A stretch of 64,000 nt of DNA, taken from the NCBI RefSeq assembly GCF_037042905.1, contig NC_087252.1:24492001-24556000 (forward strand), read 5' to 3'. This stretch comes from Lytechinus pictus (taxonomy: Eukaryota). Position 1 is the stretch's first letter. Each line of letters opens with the position of its first letter. The position numbers and the translations under genes were made by a program. Positions 11,620-25,398 of this stretch are shown here, one piece after another. The notes beneath the pieces were generated by a model. That model saw only the letters and a list, made by a program, of their open reading frames with translations, did not search any database and had not been told where the DNA came from.

Positions 11620-12500
11620 GGTCGTGAGAACACACACAAATCCTTTTCCCCGTCTCTTTCTAACACCCCCCCCCCGCCAACACACGAACTTTCTGCGACA
11701 CCCACACCCTGTTTCTGTCATGCACACACCCCCACACACAGTTCCCCTCTCTTTTTCACCCCCCCCCCCCCCCGCTTACACACACACGCACACGCGCATA
11801 TTCGGCGACTTCTACCCGTTGTTCCTGTCATGCACAGACATCCACAGACGCATAATTATTTCCCATCTCGTTCTCACAACCCCACACACGCACACACATA
11901 ACGATATTCAGTAACATCTATCCTCTTGTTCCTTTAATCACACACACACACCCACTCGCGTTCTCACTATCCCCTCCCTCTCTTTCTCACACACACACCC
12001 ACACCACCATCACATTTGGCGAAATCCACCCCTTGTTCTTTCACGCGCTCACACCCACACACACAACCCCCCTCTCTTTCTCACCACCCCCCCCCCCCCT
12101 TACACGCACACGCATATTCGGCGACATCCACCCTTTATTCCTGTCATGCACACACACTCACAAACGCACATTTTCCCTCTCGTTCTCACAACCCCCACAC
12201 ACGCACACACACAAGCACATTCGGTAACATACATCCTTTTGTTCCTTTCATTCACACACACCCTCACATACACACCACCTTGCGTTCTCACTACCCCTCT
12301 CTCTTTCACACACACCCACACCACCACCACATTCGGTGACGTATCCACCCTCTTGTTCCTTTCTTATGCCCACATTCACACACACAATCCCTCTCTCTTT
12401 CTCTCTACCCTCCCCCCGCTCTCCACACACACACACACACATTCACATCAATCTCATCCATCATCTTCTTCCGATCATGAACACACCCACATACACATCC
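11620..12500. repeat. CA/CT-rich compound degenerate tandem repeat (intronic)
   Basis: Recurrent CACATTCGG..ACATCCACCCTCTTGTTCCT units among (CA)n and poly-C runs. Confidence 0.8.
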
Positions 12501-12679
12501 TTCACCACATTAAAAAGAGAAATGAGGATGGATACGATGAATAAATTTAGTAAACATATATGAAATTTGTTGAAATAGTTACTGTATATTTTGCATTGTT
12601 GAGATAAGAGTGGTCAAAAGAAAGGAACTCTGAACTGAGACCGACAGAAAATAGAAATGAATAAGTTATTCATTCTTAC

Positions 12680-12744
12680 CAAGGAAATGCGCCGATACTG
12701 ATCTCAAGGCGATAGCCATCGATCGATCCTCTTCTCTTACACAT
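12680..12744 (-). CDS. SLCO: SLCO/OATP coding exon 8 ((R)CVREEDRSMAIALRSVSAHFL(G))
   Basis: OATP LRCV..E.RS.A motif. 65-nt exon with ttatag/gtaag boundaries, phase 2 to 1. Confidence 0.9.
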
Positions 12745-13561
12745 CTATAAGGCAAGAAGTAAAATATTCTAGATTTATAATGTTGCAAAAACGAAATAAA
12801 TAATGTACAAATATCACTAAAATAATCTGCTTTATAAAAAAAATTATGTGTTATTTGTTATAAAGCAGATTATTATGGTGCCATTTGTACATTATTTCGT
12901 TTTTGCAACAATATAAATCTATAATAATCTGCTTATATTAAACAAAAATAATAATATGTGTTACTTGTATGTTTATTATGACTGATCAATACGATGATAA
13001 GTCAAAATAGAGGGAAAGGTTTCACAACCGATCCTAAGATGTGTTTCATAAAGCTGTTCTTTGTTAACGCACAACTAAGTTCTCATGTGCAATGCAGGTA
13101 CGAAAGGGTATATAATTAGCAGCAAGGGTCACAGGTCGAATGTAAATTAAGTCATTAAGAACATCTTAAATGATCCCCGTACGGGGTCACTTGTCACTTG
13201 TTGGAATTAGAAGTGGGAAAGTGTTAGTGAATTTTCTTTACGTCTCAATCATGTCAATGGTAACATTTATCAGTACATCTGCCACAATCGGAGAGTGGGT
13301 ATCCCCGTCAACAACTTAGATTACTCGACTAGATGAAGAACCATCCGCTATCGGAATTGAAATATTTTCTCTTGCCCATCCCCCCCCCCCCCCCTTCTCA
13401 AAAATCTGTGCCTCTTTCATTGCGGTTTTCCGCAAATCCATATTGTTTTGTCAATATGGAAATGCGATGGGTACATCATATTATTATTAATAAAAAGCGA
13501 ATTACGGTTCAATTGCGAGGAAGCCGAACGCTCTGAATATGACAAGGTCTTTGATACCTAC

Positions 13562-13788
13562 CTTAGAGCTATATACGTCATCGGGTTGGACGAAGCCGAT
13601 TGTAGAAAGAAGATAGCCGAAAGCAGAATCGAAATAGGGATGGCCCCTTGACAGGTTGGGTCGGGGCACTTTCCGGCTGAAGCATCAACAGAATGGGAAG
13701 TTGGTGACCCGAAAAGATTTGTTGCCGAGTTGTTGGTCAGACTGGAATTACTAATGCAGCTGCAGGCGCTGTAATTATATTCATTGGT
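13562..13788 (-). CDS. SLCO: SLCO/OATP coding exon 7 (TNEYNYSACSCI...GKCPDPTC...PMTYIAL)
   Basis: NYS.CSCI and G.C...C cysteines of the large extracellular loop. cacag/gtagg boundaries; 227 nt. Confidence 0.88.
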
Positions 13789-14611
13789 CTGTGCCGAAGG
13801 ATTGATCAAGAATAACAATTAAAAAAAAAAGTTTCAATGGTTCGAGAGTCAGTCAGAATTATGGCCCTGGGAAGCGGGGATGGGATGCTGAAGCACCCAA
13901 CAAAAAAATCCTCGGGGATGCTGCGAGCATTATTCTCTAACACCCCCAAGTATTCTGGAAGATGTGTAAAAAAAAATATGGCCAAAATGACCTAAATTTT
14001 TTCAGTGAAAACTTTTACATCATCCCCCCCCCCCCCCCAGTCCAAAAACCGTTCCCAGGGCCCTGGACAGAGTTATGTTTTGTCCCCATATAAAATGGTA
14101 AATGTAATAATGCTGGAGCTGAAAACCTTTAACCATCCAGTATGATGATTGCGAAAGTTGATGAAACTTTACAAATTCCAAATAGTGAATATATTTCCTA
14201 TTCCCGAATCAATTATACTGTCAGTGTTCAGTTTGCAGGCCTACTTAGGGTCGTGTAAAGTTTATTATAAAGTTTAATAATTTACTGATCCTTCATTTTT
14301 TGAAGGTTCAGGCCTACGTCTGTATGAACGGCAAGATCCTTTGCATTACCGTTGGGGATGGGGATACCGCTGCTTCATCCGAAGAATTCACGAAGCTATA
14401 ATTTTTTTTGGTATTTTCATCTTGATTGTTTTCATTCGTTTAGTGTTATACTGAATCTATACTGCGGTTTTATCACACAATACATCAGTCTTCATGTTTA
14501 ACTAGTAGCCCCCCCCCCTTCTTGAAAAAAAATAGCATTGTGAATAGATTCAAAAGGGACCCACCGCCATGACTATGAATAGTAAAAAATATATCACATG
14601 CAAGTACTTAC

Positions 14612-14765
14612 AAAAGGATTTGGCATTGCTGTGGTCCCATTGAAGTCCAGAGTGAGTTCTTTCGTACATCCTGCATGGCAAGGTGAAATGTAAGTCAAAC
14701 CATTTGAACCACACACAGGTTGAAAGACTTCATCTGAGCATGCGCAATGCATATTACATCCGTTG
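14612..14765 (-). CDS. SLCO: SLCO/OATP coding exon 6, Kazal-like domain (NGCNMHCACSDEVFQPVCGSNGLTYISPCHAGC)
   Basis: Canonical OATP Kazal motif PVCG.NG.TY.SPC.AGC. tacag/gtaagt boundaries; 154 nt. Not in the ORF track. Confidence 0.93.
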
Positions 14766-15322
14766 CTGTAATAATAATGATAGTATTTCAGTTATGTACA
14801 CGGTGATTAAATCAATGACGTGTATCCTGAACTAGTCAACTTCAATGTTGACTAAATAACTGTGCCGGTATAACAATGTATCACATGTTTACTGTATCGG
14901 CGCATTGTACTTGCACTTTTATATTCAAACATTAAAGAATTTTTTAAAAGACCAAATATACATCCCACCTACAAGGAAAATGTAGTACGTTTGACCGGTT
15001 TTTATCAGCCTATAGTCGCTGATCTCATGTAGTAATCAATATGTTAGATTTGAATTGTGTTTTTTTAGTTTTACTCTAAGTCCATAGTGGTATTTTCAGG
15101 TTTAGCAATTAAGTGTCAAAATGTAATTATGGCTCCCTACATCATTTTTATGGAATATATCAGCGTATCTTTGTTTCCTTTCACACATCATTTCGGTTGG
15201 ATCGACCCTATAAAAGATAATCCTCTGCTCCGCCGCCAATGACTACGATTAGATATAACAATACTGATCTATATTTATAACGCACATTCTTTGCACATTC
15301 CGAAACCAATAGGTTAACTTAC

Positions 15323-15551
15323 CTTATAGAAGAATCGTCTGGGTGGGTTGGTACGCCGTCATAGGAGTGGGTCACCCCCGCAGTAGGAACATTGTCACAC
15401 CCCAGGAGCATCCCCATAGGGTAGAGTATGAAACCAAGCGTGGCACACACCAGGACGAAAAGACCACACTGTTTGGAGTTGAATTTAAATCTTCTACAAA
15501 TGTACGCGGAGAAGATATTGCTGAAAATGCTCGACGGACCTAGCACTATGG
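15323..15551 (-). CDS. SLCO: SLCO/OATP coding exon 5 (AIVLGPSSIF...LLGCDNVPTAGVTHSY)
   Basis: TM segments plus the GC.N...AGV...Y motif. tgcag/gtaag boundaries; 229 nt. Confidence 0.9.
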
Positions 15552-16330
15552 CTGCAATAAAAAAAGAAATAAAAGGATGTGAGGATACTGGGAACACTTC
15601 AGTTTGAAAAAAAAGAGTTATGGTGGCCCTATTTTGACGGGGAAAGCGGTTAATAAACCCATAGATTTGTCATATCTGCAGGTTTAACTGTAAGGAAAAT
15701 GAAATTGATGATTCAGAAGAATGATCAATCCCCTCAATTCCCCCCCCCCCAAAAAAAAAAAATGAACTCTTAACATGCAGCATTCAAATAATTAAGCAAC
15801 CCCGCCCTCCCCTCTCCCTCCCCACGGACATTTTCAACAGGAGACAATAATGATGAAATGATTCAATACTGCTCCTTCGAATAAATCAATAAACTGAAGA
15901 ATGATGAAATTCAACTGCTTGCAAACACTAACGAATAGAGGCAGCTTGGCACCCTTCAAACAATGTCAAATGCAACATACAACAACCAAAAGTTTTTGGT
16001 ACCTTTGTGCAATATAGCTATAGCTATATTCAAAAAATAGATTTGTAACATTTATGGAAGTTTAGATTTGACAGCAGGGGAAATTGTACCGTTGATGTCT
16101 CATTACTCGACAGCTTTGTTTTACCAGGAGCCATTTACAGAAAGACTTATAATCAAACGCAACTACAAAAATCAAACACAACTTGATTTTCAACCAATGA
16201 AACTCGAGTATTCGGGACTTGTGCTTGATTTTTCGAGTTGCGATTGAACGCAAATCTTTCTGCGACGGGCCCCAGGGTATTATGGCGCCACTGGACTAAC
16301 AGCAGTAGATGTAGAGTGGTCCATACTCAC

Positions 16331-16495
16331 CTGTAACGAGCGCAGCTTCTGAGGGACTAAGTGAGAATTGCGTTTCGGTGTACTTGACCCCAAAAGCTGC
16401 GAATATGGCAATGAGTGATATGAAGGCCGTTTCATCAACAACGAGACACATGTTGGTAGGATTGCAGACGAGACGTTTCATTGCGAGAAGTGGAC
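16331..16495 (-). CDS. SLCO: SLCO/OATP coding exon 4 (PLLAMKRLVCNP...KYTETQFSLSPSEAALVT)
   Basis: L..NP and KY.E.QF..S.S.A motifs. attag/gtgagt boundaries; 165 nt. Confidence 0.9.
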
Positions 16496-16808
16496 CTAAT
16501 GTTGAAAAAGCAAAAATTGTAATTTATGTAATTGAAAGATATAATAACTGTTTTTTGCAAGTCATTCGTAATTCATATTAGGCCTATTATATATTATATT
16601 ATTTATCATATCATTTACCAGTACTAAATATCAATATTAATTTAATATTTTGCCTCATTCTCTACGTTATTTCCCGTGATTAAGCCATTGCAGAAGAGGG
16701 AGAGTATCGGCTTGGTTCATCTTTTTTTTCCCCCCAAAAAATGAGTCGCACTGTTATATTTTACATTCTCGGGAACAGTCCCATCCTCTACCGTTAAGTC
16801 CCTAATAC

Positions 16809-17219
16809 CTTTTATAACCGTTTCTACTGCATTGCCTCCATCGAGATGTGCGTATATTGACCCGCTTCTCTCCCGCAGATCATTGTCCTCCTCCTCTCCT
16901 TCATCATCCACAGTAATAGACGTGCGATTTAACTGGTTTTCTTCACCAGCCTCAGCTTCTTTTTTCTCTTCCTTCCACTTTTTCACCGCAGAGGGCAGTG
17001 TTCTGGGATAGAAGAAGATAGGAATGCTGAGAATCACCAGGATTATGCTAAGGATCACAAACCCAAGCCACCAGGCTCCGATCCAGCGGGGGTCGTTTTG
17101 GCTGATCTGGGGAATCTGGTCACTCGGCACGCGATCGAAGTCGACGTACAGGCGCGTTGTGAAGGCAGCGAAAAGGAAGCCACAGCTAGGACCAAATGTG
17201 AACGCCATGAAAAGAACAG
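16809..17219 (-). CDS. SLCO: SLCO/OATP coding exon 3 containing the family signature NDPRWIGAWWLGF
   Basis: Matches the OATP signature D-x-RW-(I/V)-GAWW-x-G-(F/L). ttcag acceptor. The donor gtatta was chosen because it gives the required phase 1, so this boundary is less certain. Confidence 0.92.
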
Positions 17220-17911
17220 CTGAAAATGAAGGAATACATGGAAAATAATCAAGATTGAGCGATAATCGCAAAGACGTCCTCCTTGAGGATCGAAATCAGA
17301 GGATAAGACACCAAAGAAAAGAATTTCAGCCGGGATTTAAGCCCAATCTAACCTTTGAGTTAAGGCGCACTTAGAGGAATGGTATCTTCGTCTCCTCTAA
17401 AGGTTTTGATTAAGTATCTTAAATGTTCCTGCTTGGGTCTAACATAAAAAATGTTCTTAATATCCGATTACAAGAAATCTTCGTCTTAAATGCCTTCGAG
17501 ACGTTGATTTTTTTAAAGCCGCTTTTCTGATTTGCCATTGTCTGCTGTGTATTAAAGAAATGGTTTGAGTAGAAGCGGCAGTATATGCACTGATAATGTT
17601 TCTGCTAAAAGGCCGCGACAAGTTGTTTGGACTGAGGCTCCGGTCACACCTATGATACATACCCGAACAGAGAGATGCTATTCGAAATTGGTCTGATCGG
17701 TCTGGGGTCGGTCCCATTGGTGTGACTGTAGCCATGGTAGCATTATGGTGGCAGTTCACCCCTACACAAAGTTCATTTTGAATTTTAAAAAAGAAAAAAT
17801 TAGGGAGAAGCCCTAATGGTCTCAAGGTATTGGAGAAGAATTTATTGTGTTGACGATACCCTTAATATACGGTTAATGAAGTGCTAGTCACATAAGGGAA
17901 CATTAACATAC

Positions 17912-18070
17912 CTGTGTAAGCAGTGATATTGTGTTTCTTGACGCTATCGTCGATGTAGGTAATGACAAGAGCGACGAAAGGGGCGTTCCCGATACCACTT
18001 ATGATCTGGCCGAAGATGATCCACCACACACTCCTTAGGTCACCCTTCGAAGATCTTTCCTCGGGATGGA
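17912..18070 (-). CDS. SLCO: SLCO/OATP coding exon 2 (...WIIFGQIISGIGNAPFVALVITYIDDSVKKHNITAYT)
   Basis: OATP GIG..P...G.TYIDD-type motif. cttag/gtatgt boundaries; 159 nt. Confidence 0.9.
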
Positions 18071-18834
18071 CTAAGTAACACAACGTAAGAAGGAGATTGC
18101 GACACTTAATTTCCGTTTCTAGGACATTAACTGACATTTATGATAATAATAGCAGGGCCCGCTGGGAGAATAGTTTTCAGAACTGAAGTGGCTTTCCTGG
18201 GTAAATATTCCCATATTATTATTATTTAAAATCATACTTTTGTCATTCTTATAAAATGTACAGACCAAATTATTAAGAACTTTAACGCAAGAATATGACA
18301 ACTAGAAGATAACATCAAATAAATCGGTAGTTTAAAAAGGGGGAAGGGGAATAAGATAAGAAGCAGTAAGGTTAAAGGTCTTCAGAGTATTGACCTCCAC
18401 TCCTCACCCTGATCTGAATCCATTCTCACCATGGCATTTACTGACTTTTCTTCTCAACTTATTTCTTCGCAGTTTTTTTTGTCCAACTCGAATTCTCATC
18501 AATTTATCTGTTTCTTATCAATAAAACATTCTTGTATTACTCAATGAAAAAAAATGTTCGTATAAGAACCCTTCTTTGTCCCATATTTTAAAGTCCTTGA
18601 AAAAGCGCAAAATTGTTCTAAACAGTTTTTTTAGAAAGGTTTTTTTTCTAGTAATGGTGGTATACAAGATAACTTTTATGTTTTTTTTCAGCATCTTTGA
18701 TCAACCTTAAAATGATAAAAGTTCAAGACAAAAAAGGTTTTAATCACTACTTCTTTTCTAAGAGAAATGTCTTTTTGCGCTTCTAAACACTAAACCTGTT
18801 TTCCGAGTATCACACTTATGTTTTTTGTACGCAC

Positions 18835-19402
18835 CTCCATAATGACCATCCGATGCATTTGACCATGACTGTGAAGCTTCGTATACGTTCAGACCTTCAT
18901 CACCAGCACTGCATAAATCTTCAACTGCGTCAACAGATCCGGTCAGGATGACCTTCGGGTCGATGGGATCCGTGAGAAAATGCGGGAAGGAACATATCAT
19001 GGTACCCACAGCCGTCACCAGCATCCCTGTTCCGATCCAACGGGGACGATGCCCCATCTGGCCATAGTGACTAAGGGGGATGACGAAGAGGGTGCTGACG
19101 ATATCAGCAGCGATGGTGATGGCACCGGATTGGGCGCTGTCCAGCTGGAAGTTGCGCTCGATGGTAGTAAGGACGGCGCCGATGTAGACGTACGACATCA
19201 TTGCGAATGAGGTGATTACCATCATGTGAAATGTGAAAACCTTCGGGTTGGCAAGTCCTTGTAGCCAGGATGGAGCGCAGGTGGGCGGACAGCAACATAG
19301 AATGTCCTCTGGAGGAATCCTGTCAGGATCTTTGAGGACATCTTGTCTCCTGGACCCTGTCTTGTTGCCTCGGTTGTTGTTGTTGGTGCTGTAATCAGTC
19401 AT
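18835..19402 (-). CDS. SLCO: SLCO/OATP coding exon 1 (MTDYST...LTTIERNFQLDS...HRPRWIGTG...FPHF)
   Basis: TTIER.F.L.S, HRPRWIG and PHF motifs. The ATG lies 8 nt after an acceptor (ccatag at 19411). Donor gtgcgt, phase 1. All ten exons total 2256 nt, or 751 aa plus stop. Confidence 0.9.
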
Positions 19403-20969
19403 ATCTCCACCTATGGAATGAGATTGCACAACGAAAAATTCATTTATCATATCGTGGATACTTAAAAGAACTTTTGCAGAACATTCGACAATGTTCGTAT
19501 ATTGGTAAAGATTTTTTTCTACAGGTGCCTTGCTCTTGGTCTACACACCTGTACACCTACGTCTTCGCGCTCACACAAGCGCATATATTACCTATCAGAC
19601 ATTCCAGGAGAAGTCACATCTATCTTAAAATCTTCTGAAGTGCAACGGAGACACTCGGCGCATACAAAATTTTTGCATCTGAGCACTATTATCAGTGGTT
19701 ATTATAAGCATCCGAGGACAATAATTGTTCGAAATCAATCTTCTCTGTCCATTGACCTCAATCTTATCCCTATTCACTGCTTCCTAGGGAAAACAAACAC
19801 CTGTCCAGCAAAGCTAAAGAACTGTAGGCCTAACCGTACACGTCCTTACAGGAATAATCACCCTTCATATACTTAGCCCTCTCAACAATTTCTGTTACGT
19901 GGTCCATGACCATACGCATTAAATAGCAAAGGTAATATTTACATGGACAAATTGGTGGGTTTTTTTTCCTCAATTGAACAATAGGAGATATTACAGACAA
20001 ATATATCCCAGAATATCCTTTTTTTATGAACTTGTCATGCACCTATGAACTTGTGGTCTAGCTGTGACGGATTCTGTAGAGAATCGCTTTAATTGTCGTA
20101 CACACGGATCCGCACTTTTTCAGCAAGCACGAAGGATATGCAAGCTAGTTGAGTCCAACATTGCCCTTTTCAGAAATTTAATTTTATGAAGACGGCGCTA
20201 AGATAGATCTCATATGGATGCTAAAGCACATCTAGCCCCCCCCCCCCCCTTTCGCACTCTCCATAAATGCCACAAGGAGAGCTACAGCATAATGGGGTCA
20301 TAATTATGTTTCGACAATTATGTTGAAAACTCCAGATAACTGACAATGAGATGACAATTAACCACCCTGAAGGTTGAGCCTTTGTCACATCGGTTGCACA
20401 TAATAACCACTTCTCAAATCAATCGGGTATTCAAGGCTGATTGATAAGCGCTTTCGAAACAAACTTCATTATTCCCCAGGACAGGCCCATGCGCATAATT
20501 ATCCATATTTATTACACTTGCACGCATACATCCACGTATCTGATCAGGGTGGGCGTGGCTATTCAACTTTAGGCCTACTGCGTTAATACATGGAGTTAAT
20601 GGAGTGATTTACCATGCCAATAGTAATACACATTAGATATTTTATTATTAATACAGATCCGCAGGCATATTTTGGGTTTGCTCTTTATTCATTTGTATGT
20701 AATCATTCATTATATATATGTAATTATTTCAACTCTTGTATATATGTTCTTAGGTGGCAGAGCTCTGCCGTAGTGCTTCCTATATTGTATATGCTGACCA
20801 AGATGGGTCTTGTTATTTTTGTAGACATATTTTTCATTTATATTAACTGCACATCAGCACCACAGTTACACATGAATATACACACAATCACTATCACACG
20901 CACCTTCACCACAAGCACGCTCGCAGTATATCCCTTACATAATCGCCGGTACTTTACATTATATCAATT

Positions 20970-23900
20970 TTGATGGATTCACTCTCTTTTATTCCTGATA
21001 ATTTAATAGAAAATTCACACAACAGTAAATATTACACACCTCAAGAATTTAATAACATATTTAATAATAATCATGATGATATTTCTCTTTTACATGCAAA
21101 TTTAAGAAGTCTGAATAGAAACTTCGAATATTTTGAAAATCTCTTACACACGTTAAACAATTTTAAATTTTCTGTTATTGGTATTAGCGAGACATGGTTA
21201 CACGAAAATTCCCCAGATTTGTTTAATTTACCAGGATATAAGCTGATTAGGGCAGACCGCAAAGGGAAAAGAGGCGGAGGGGTAGCCTTCTATATTGCCG
21301 AAAAAAATTCCGACGTGAAACTTTTACATGCTGAATCTTTGTTTATTGAAATTGAAAACACAGAATTTAAAAATGTCGTCATAGGTTTAATTTATTGACC
21401 ACCAGGTTTTAATTTTGATTAATTTTATGAGGAAACAGAGCAATATCTCCATATAATAAGTAATGAAAATAAAAACTGTTTTATTATTGGTGATTTTAAT
21501 ATCAATTTCTTACCCTCAATCGACAATAATAAATCAAACAATTTCATGAAACTAATGTACTCATTCGGCTTCAATTCATTCATAATAATCCCACTAGAAT
21601 CAACCAAAATTCATCAACTCAAATTGACAACATTTTTTCCAACGTACATAACATGAACAACAAAATGATAGGAGGAATTCTATGCTCTGAAGTTTCAGAC
21701 CACTTACCAATATTTTTAACTTGTGATTTAAAACTACCACACCTCAAAACATTTAACCAACATACATATAGAAGAGAATCTAAACGTAATATTGAATTAT
21801 TGAAACAAGACTTAACAATTGAGGAATGGGAGGATGTCTATAATGAAGTTGGAGCAAACACATCTTATAATCGCTTTAATGATAAATTACAACAATATTA
21901 CGATAAGAATATCCCCATAGGTAGAATGAAAAATAATCGAAAAAAGATCCCCAAACATCCCTGGATAACAAAAGGTATATTGAAATCAATATATACACGT
22001 AATCGCCTTTACGAGTCACATTTACACAAATCGTCCGAAGCTAACTTAAAAACATATAAAGTATATCGAAACAAATTGACAAAATTAATTCGTATATCAC
22101 GTAAAATGTATTACGCTAATAGAATAAAGAATGCCAGTTCAAACACTAATGCAACTTGGAAAATCATTAAAGAGGTAATGGGAACAAAGACAGATTCCCC
22201 TCCTACTGGTGATATGATTCTTAACGGTTTTAAAATTGACTCTTCCCTTCAAGCAAATTCATTTAATTCATTTTTCACAAATATCGGACCCGAACTTTCA
22301 AGCAAAATTAATAAACCTAATGCGCGTTTTACCGACTATCTCCCCGAACCTAATCCACACTCTATATTGTTTAACCCTACGGACCCAACTGAAATTATCA
22401 ATATTACACGGTCTCTTAACAGTTCAAAATCGCATGGACATGATAGAATTAGTATGTCTCTTTTAAAAGAAATAATTCACCCACTTGCTAATCCTCTTAG
22501 TAACATTTTTAATAAATCATTATCACAAGGAGTTTTTCCTGACTTATTCAAAATCGCCAAAGTCAATCCAATTTTCAAAAAAGACAATCCTCATGAAATT
22601 AATAATTATCGCCCCATTTCTCTTCTCCCAACTATATCAAAAATCTTAGAAAAAATAGTATATAACAGACTTTATAAATTCATCAGCAAACACAATCTGC
22701 TAAATTCTAATCAATATGGCTTTAGGAAAAATTACTCAACAAACTTGGCTTTAATCCAAATCTATGATAAAATTACAAACGCCATTGCTAATAAAGAACA
22801 TGTCATTGGCATATTTTGTGACCTTAGTAAGGCATTTGATACACTTAATCACGACATTCTACTCTCAAAACTTAATTATTATGGCGTACGAGGTCAATCC
22901 CTCCTTTGGTTTAAAGATTACTTAAGAAATCGAAAACAATACGTCGCATTTAATGATTATGACTCTGACTCACTTTTAGTTCGTTGTGGTGTCCCTCAAG
23001 GCTCCATATTAGGCCCACTATTATTTTTACTATATATCAATGACATTATTAATACATCATCCATTTTATCTTTTGTATTATTCGCTGACGACACAAATAT
23101 TTTTTTTTTCTCATACAAATCCTACTTCGTTATACAATATTTTAAATCATGAAATAAACAAAGTATCACAGTGGTTCAAAGCTAACAAATTATCTTTGAA
23201 CACACAAAAAACTCACTACATATATTTTAAACATCACTCTCATATTTCTAACACTCAATTTCACCAACAGATTGACGGCAAGTCATTAGAACGGAAAACT
23301 CACTCTAAATTTTTAGGGGTTATCATAGATGAAGCTTTATCTTGGAATGAGCATCTGCACCATATTACAATGTGTATTTCGAGAAGCATTGGAATTATTT
23401 CTAAGTTAAAATTTATTTTGCCTCTTAAAACTTTATTCCTATTGTACAATTCCTTAGTACTCCCGTATATTACTTATTGTAACGTTGTTTGGTCTAATTG
23501 TGGCTCAACAAAGCTGACTTCTATTTTCAAATTACAAAAGAGAGTTATTCGCATTTGCACAGGATCTCATTACTTGGCTCACACTGATCCATTATTTTTC
23601 AAACAGAAAACACTAAAAGTTGCCGACTTGTATACTCTTCAAGTAGCTATCATTATGTTTAAGTATGTTAATAACCTACTCCCTTCGTCTTTTGATGATA
23701 TGTTTAAGTTCAATAGTTCTGTCCATACCTACCCAACTCGTACATCTGGAAACTTTCATCCCACAAACCCCAGACTGTTAATTACCTCTAAATCAATTCG
23801 ACATCATGGTCCAGACATTTGGAATAATCTTGCAGAAAATATTAAATCTTGTTCCACTTTATACTCTTTAAAATCAACTGTTAAAAGAAATATCATTCGA

Positions 23901-24304
23901 TCTTATTCATCCCAACCTTCAAATTAATCCTAATTTACCACTATAAATTAAATAAAAATATAAATTCTACAGCTATCTTCTGCACCCGCACCTGCACCTG
24001 CATTGCACCCACTTGTTCAGTAATTATACCAATCATAGTCACGAACCCTTTTTATGAGGCCGCCATCAATTACAAGCTTAACCGCTCACGATGGCGGTCT
24101 CCTGCGTTCATTAAATTTTGTTAATGTTCCTTTTTTTATTATCAAAATGTGAAGTATATGCCCACACCATTTTTTTCCTTCAAATTTTGTATTATGTTTA
24201 TATTGTATGCATTATGAATTATTTTGTATATTACAAACAATGTAAATATTTATGATAATGTATTGTGAACGCAGAAATAAAAATAAAACAAACAAAATAC
24301 AAAA
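20970..24304 (+). mobile_element. CR1/L2-group LINE, near-full ORF2 (APE endonuclease + reverse transcriptase), disabled
   Basis: APE motifs HANLRSL, ISETWL, IY*PP, IGDFN and SDHLP. RT motifs YRPISLL, QYGFR, DLSKAFD, GVPQGSILGPLLF and FADDT. Stops at ~21396 and ~21420; frameshifts at ~21600 and in the T-run at ~23100. Has a 3' stem-loop and an A-rich tail. Confidence 0.95.
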
Positions 24305-24376
24305 CCCGTACTATACCCAACTACTGAACAACCTTCAGTGGTTCCCCGTAGAGCAACGCATATAATATATTACTTA

Positions 24377-24540
24377 TACCTCGGTCACATTTGCTCTACG
24401 GCGGCCGTACGGCAAGTCGAAAACAGCCGTTTTAACATGTTCTTTGTACCGGCTACATATAGGTGGTTTGAATAAAAATGAACAAAATGCTGTTTTTGAC
24501 TCGCCGTATGGCCGCCGTAGAACAAAATGTGACCGAGGTA
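24377..24540. mobile_element. Palindromic MITE
   Basis: TACCTCGGTCACATTT..CTACGGCGGCC / GGCCGCCGTAG..AAATGTGACCGAGGTA. Confidence 0.7.
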
Positions 24541-24816
24541 TTATCTACCTTTCACTTCATAACCTGGCCCCTTGTTATATCCCTCTCCCATTCATCCATC
24601 TACTAGTCTTCGCTCATCCGGGGAGCGTTTCATCAACATTTTTGTCTGACAAGTTGTCAGATCTGACATCTTTCCTTGATTCTGATTGGCTGAGAGGTAC
24701 TGTTACTATGGTAATTGTCGGATAAAACAGAACTTGTCGGACAAAGTCCCTTCATGAAATGCTCCCCCGGTTCCATCAAACTAAAAGGACCCAGAACAAA
24801 AACAGAGCAACCTTAA

Positions 24817-25251
24817 AGGACAAGTCCACTCCAACAAAAAGTTGATTGGAATAAAAAGAGAAAAATCCAACAAGAATAACACTGAAAATTTCATCAAAAA
24901 AAATTTGTGGATGTAAAAAAAGAAAGTTATGACATTTTAAAGTTTGGATTAATTTCACGAAACAGTTATATGCACATGGTTCAGTCAAGTTGGTCCTTAT
25001 TGTCAAATCTGTAAAAAATGAAATATTATATGATTCAAACAATAAAAAACAAAAGAAATAGTGAGTTATGGACATCATTGTCTGTCTCATTTGCATGTCA
25101 CTGAGTTGTGCATATAACTGTTTTGTGAAAAGTAAGCGAAACTTTAAAATGTCATAACTTTCCTATTTCAAATCCGATTTTGGTTAAATTTTCAGCCTTA
25201 TGATTTTTCTCTATTTATTCATATCAACACTTTCTGGGGTGGACTTGACCT
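24817..25251. mobile_element. Kolobok-like non-autonomous element
   Basis: TTAA|AGGACAAGTCCAC...GTGGACTTGACCT|TTAA. Relatives or fragments lie at ~1290-1820, 26955-27152, 44108-44666, ~48100-48678 and 60650-61131. Confidence 0.65.
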
Positions 25252-25398
25252 TTAACTTGCTGCTGCATCCCCGTCTCTGGAACTCACTTCCCCATACTGT
25301 TCAAATCTCATCCTCTCTTCAGTCATTCCAATTTGTCAAACAAACTTGAAAACCTCTCATAATGTCCCCTATGGCTCACAAACCCCCTCTCCCTAAGA

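Noticed and set aside
11409..12563. Cluster of His/Pro/Thr-rich and Cys/Val-rich ORFs
   Set aside because: These are translations of the CA/CT-rich intronic repeat.
16717..16808. ORF-track extension of SLCO exon 3 (similarly 18758-18834 and 19403-19450)
   Set aside because: This is read-through into introns. Phase-compatible splice sites end the exons earlier.
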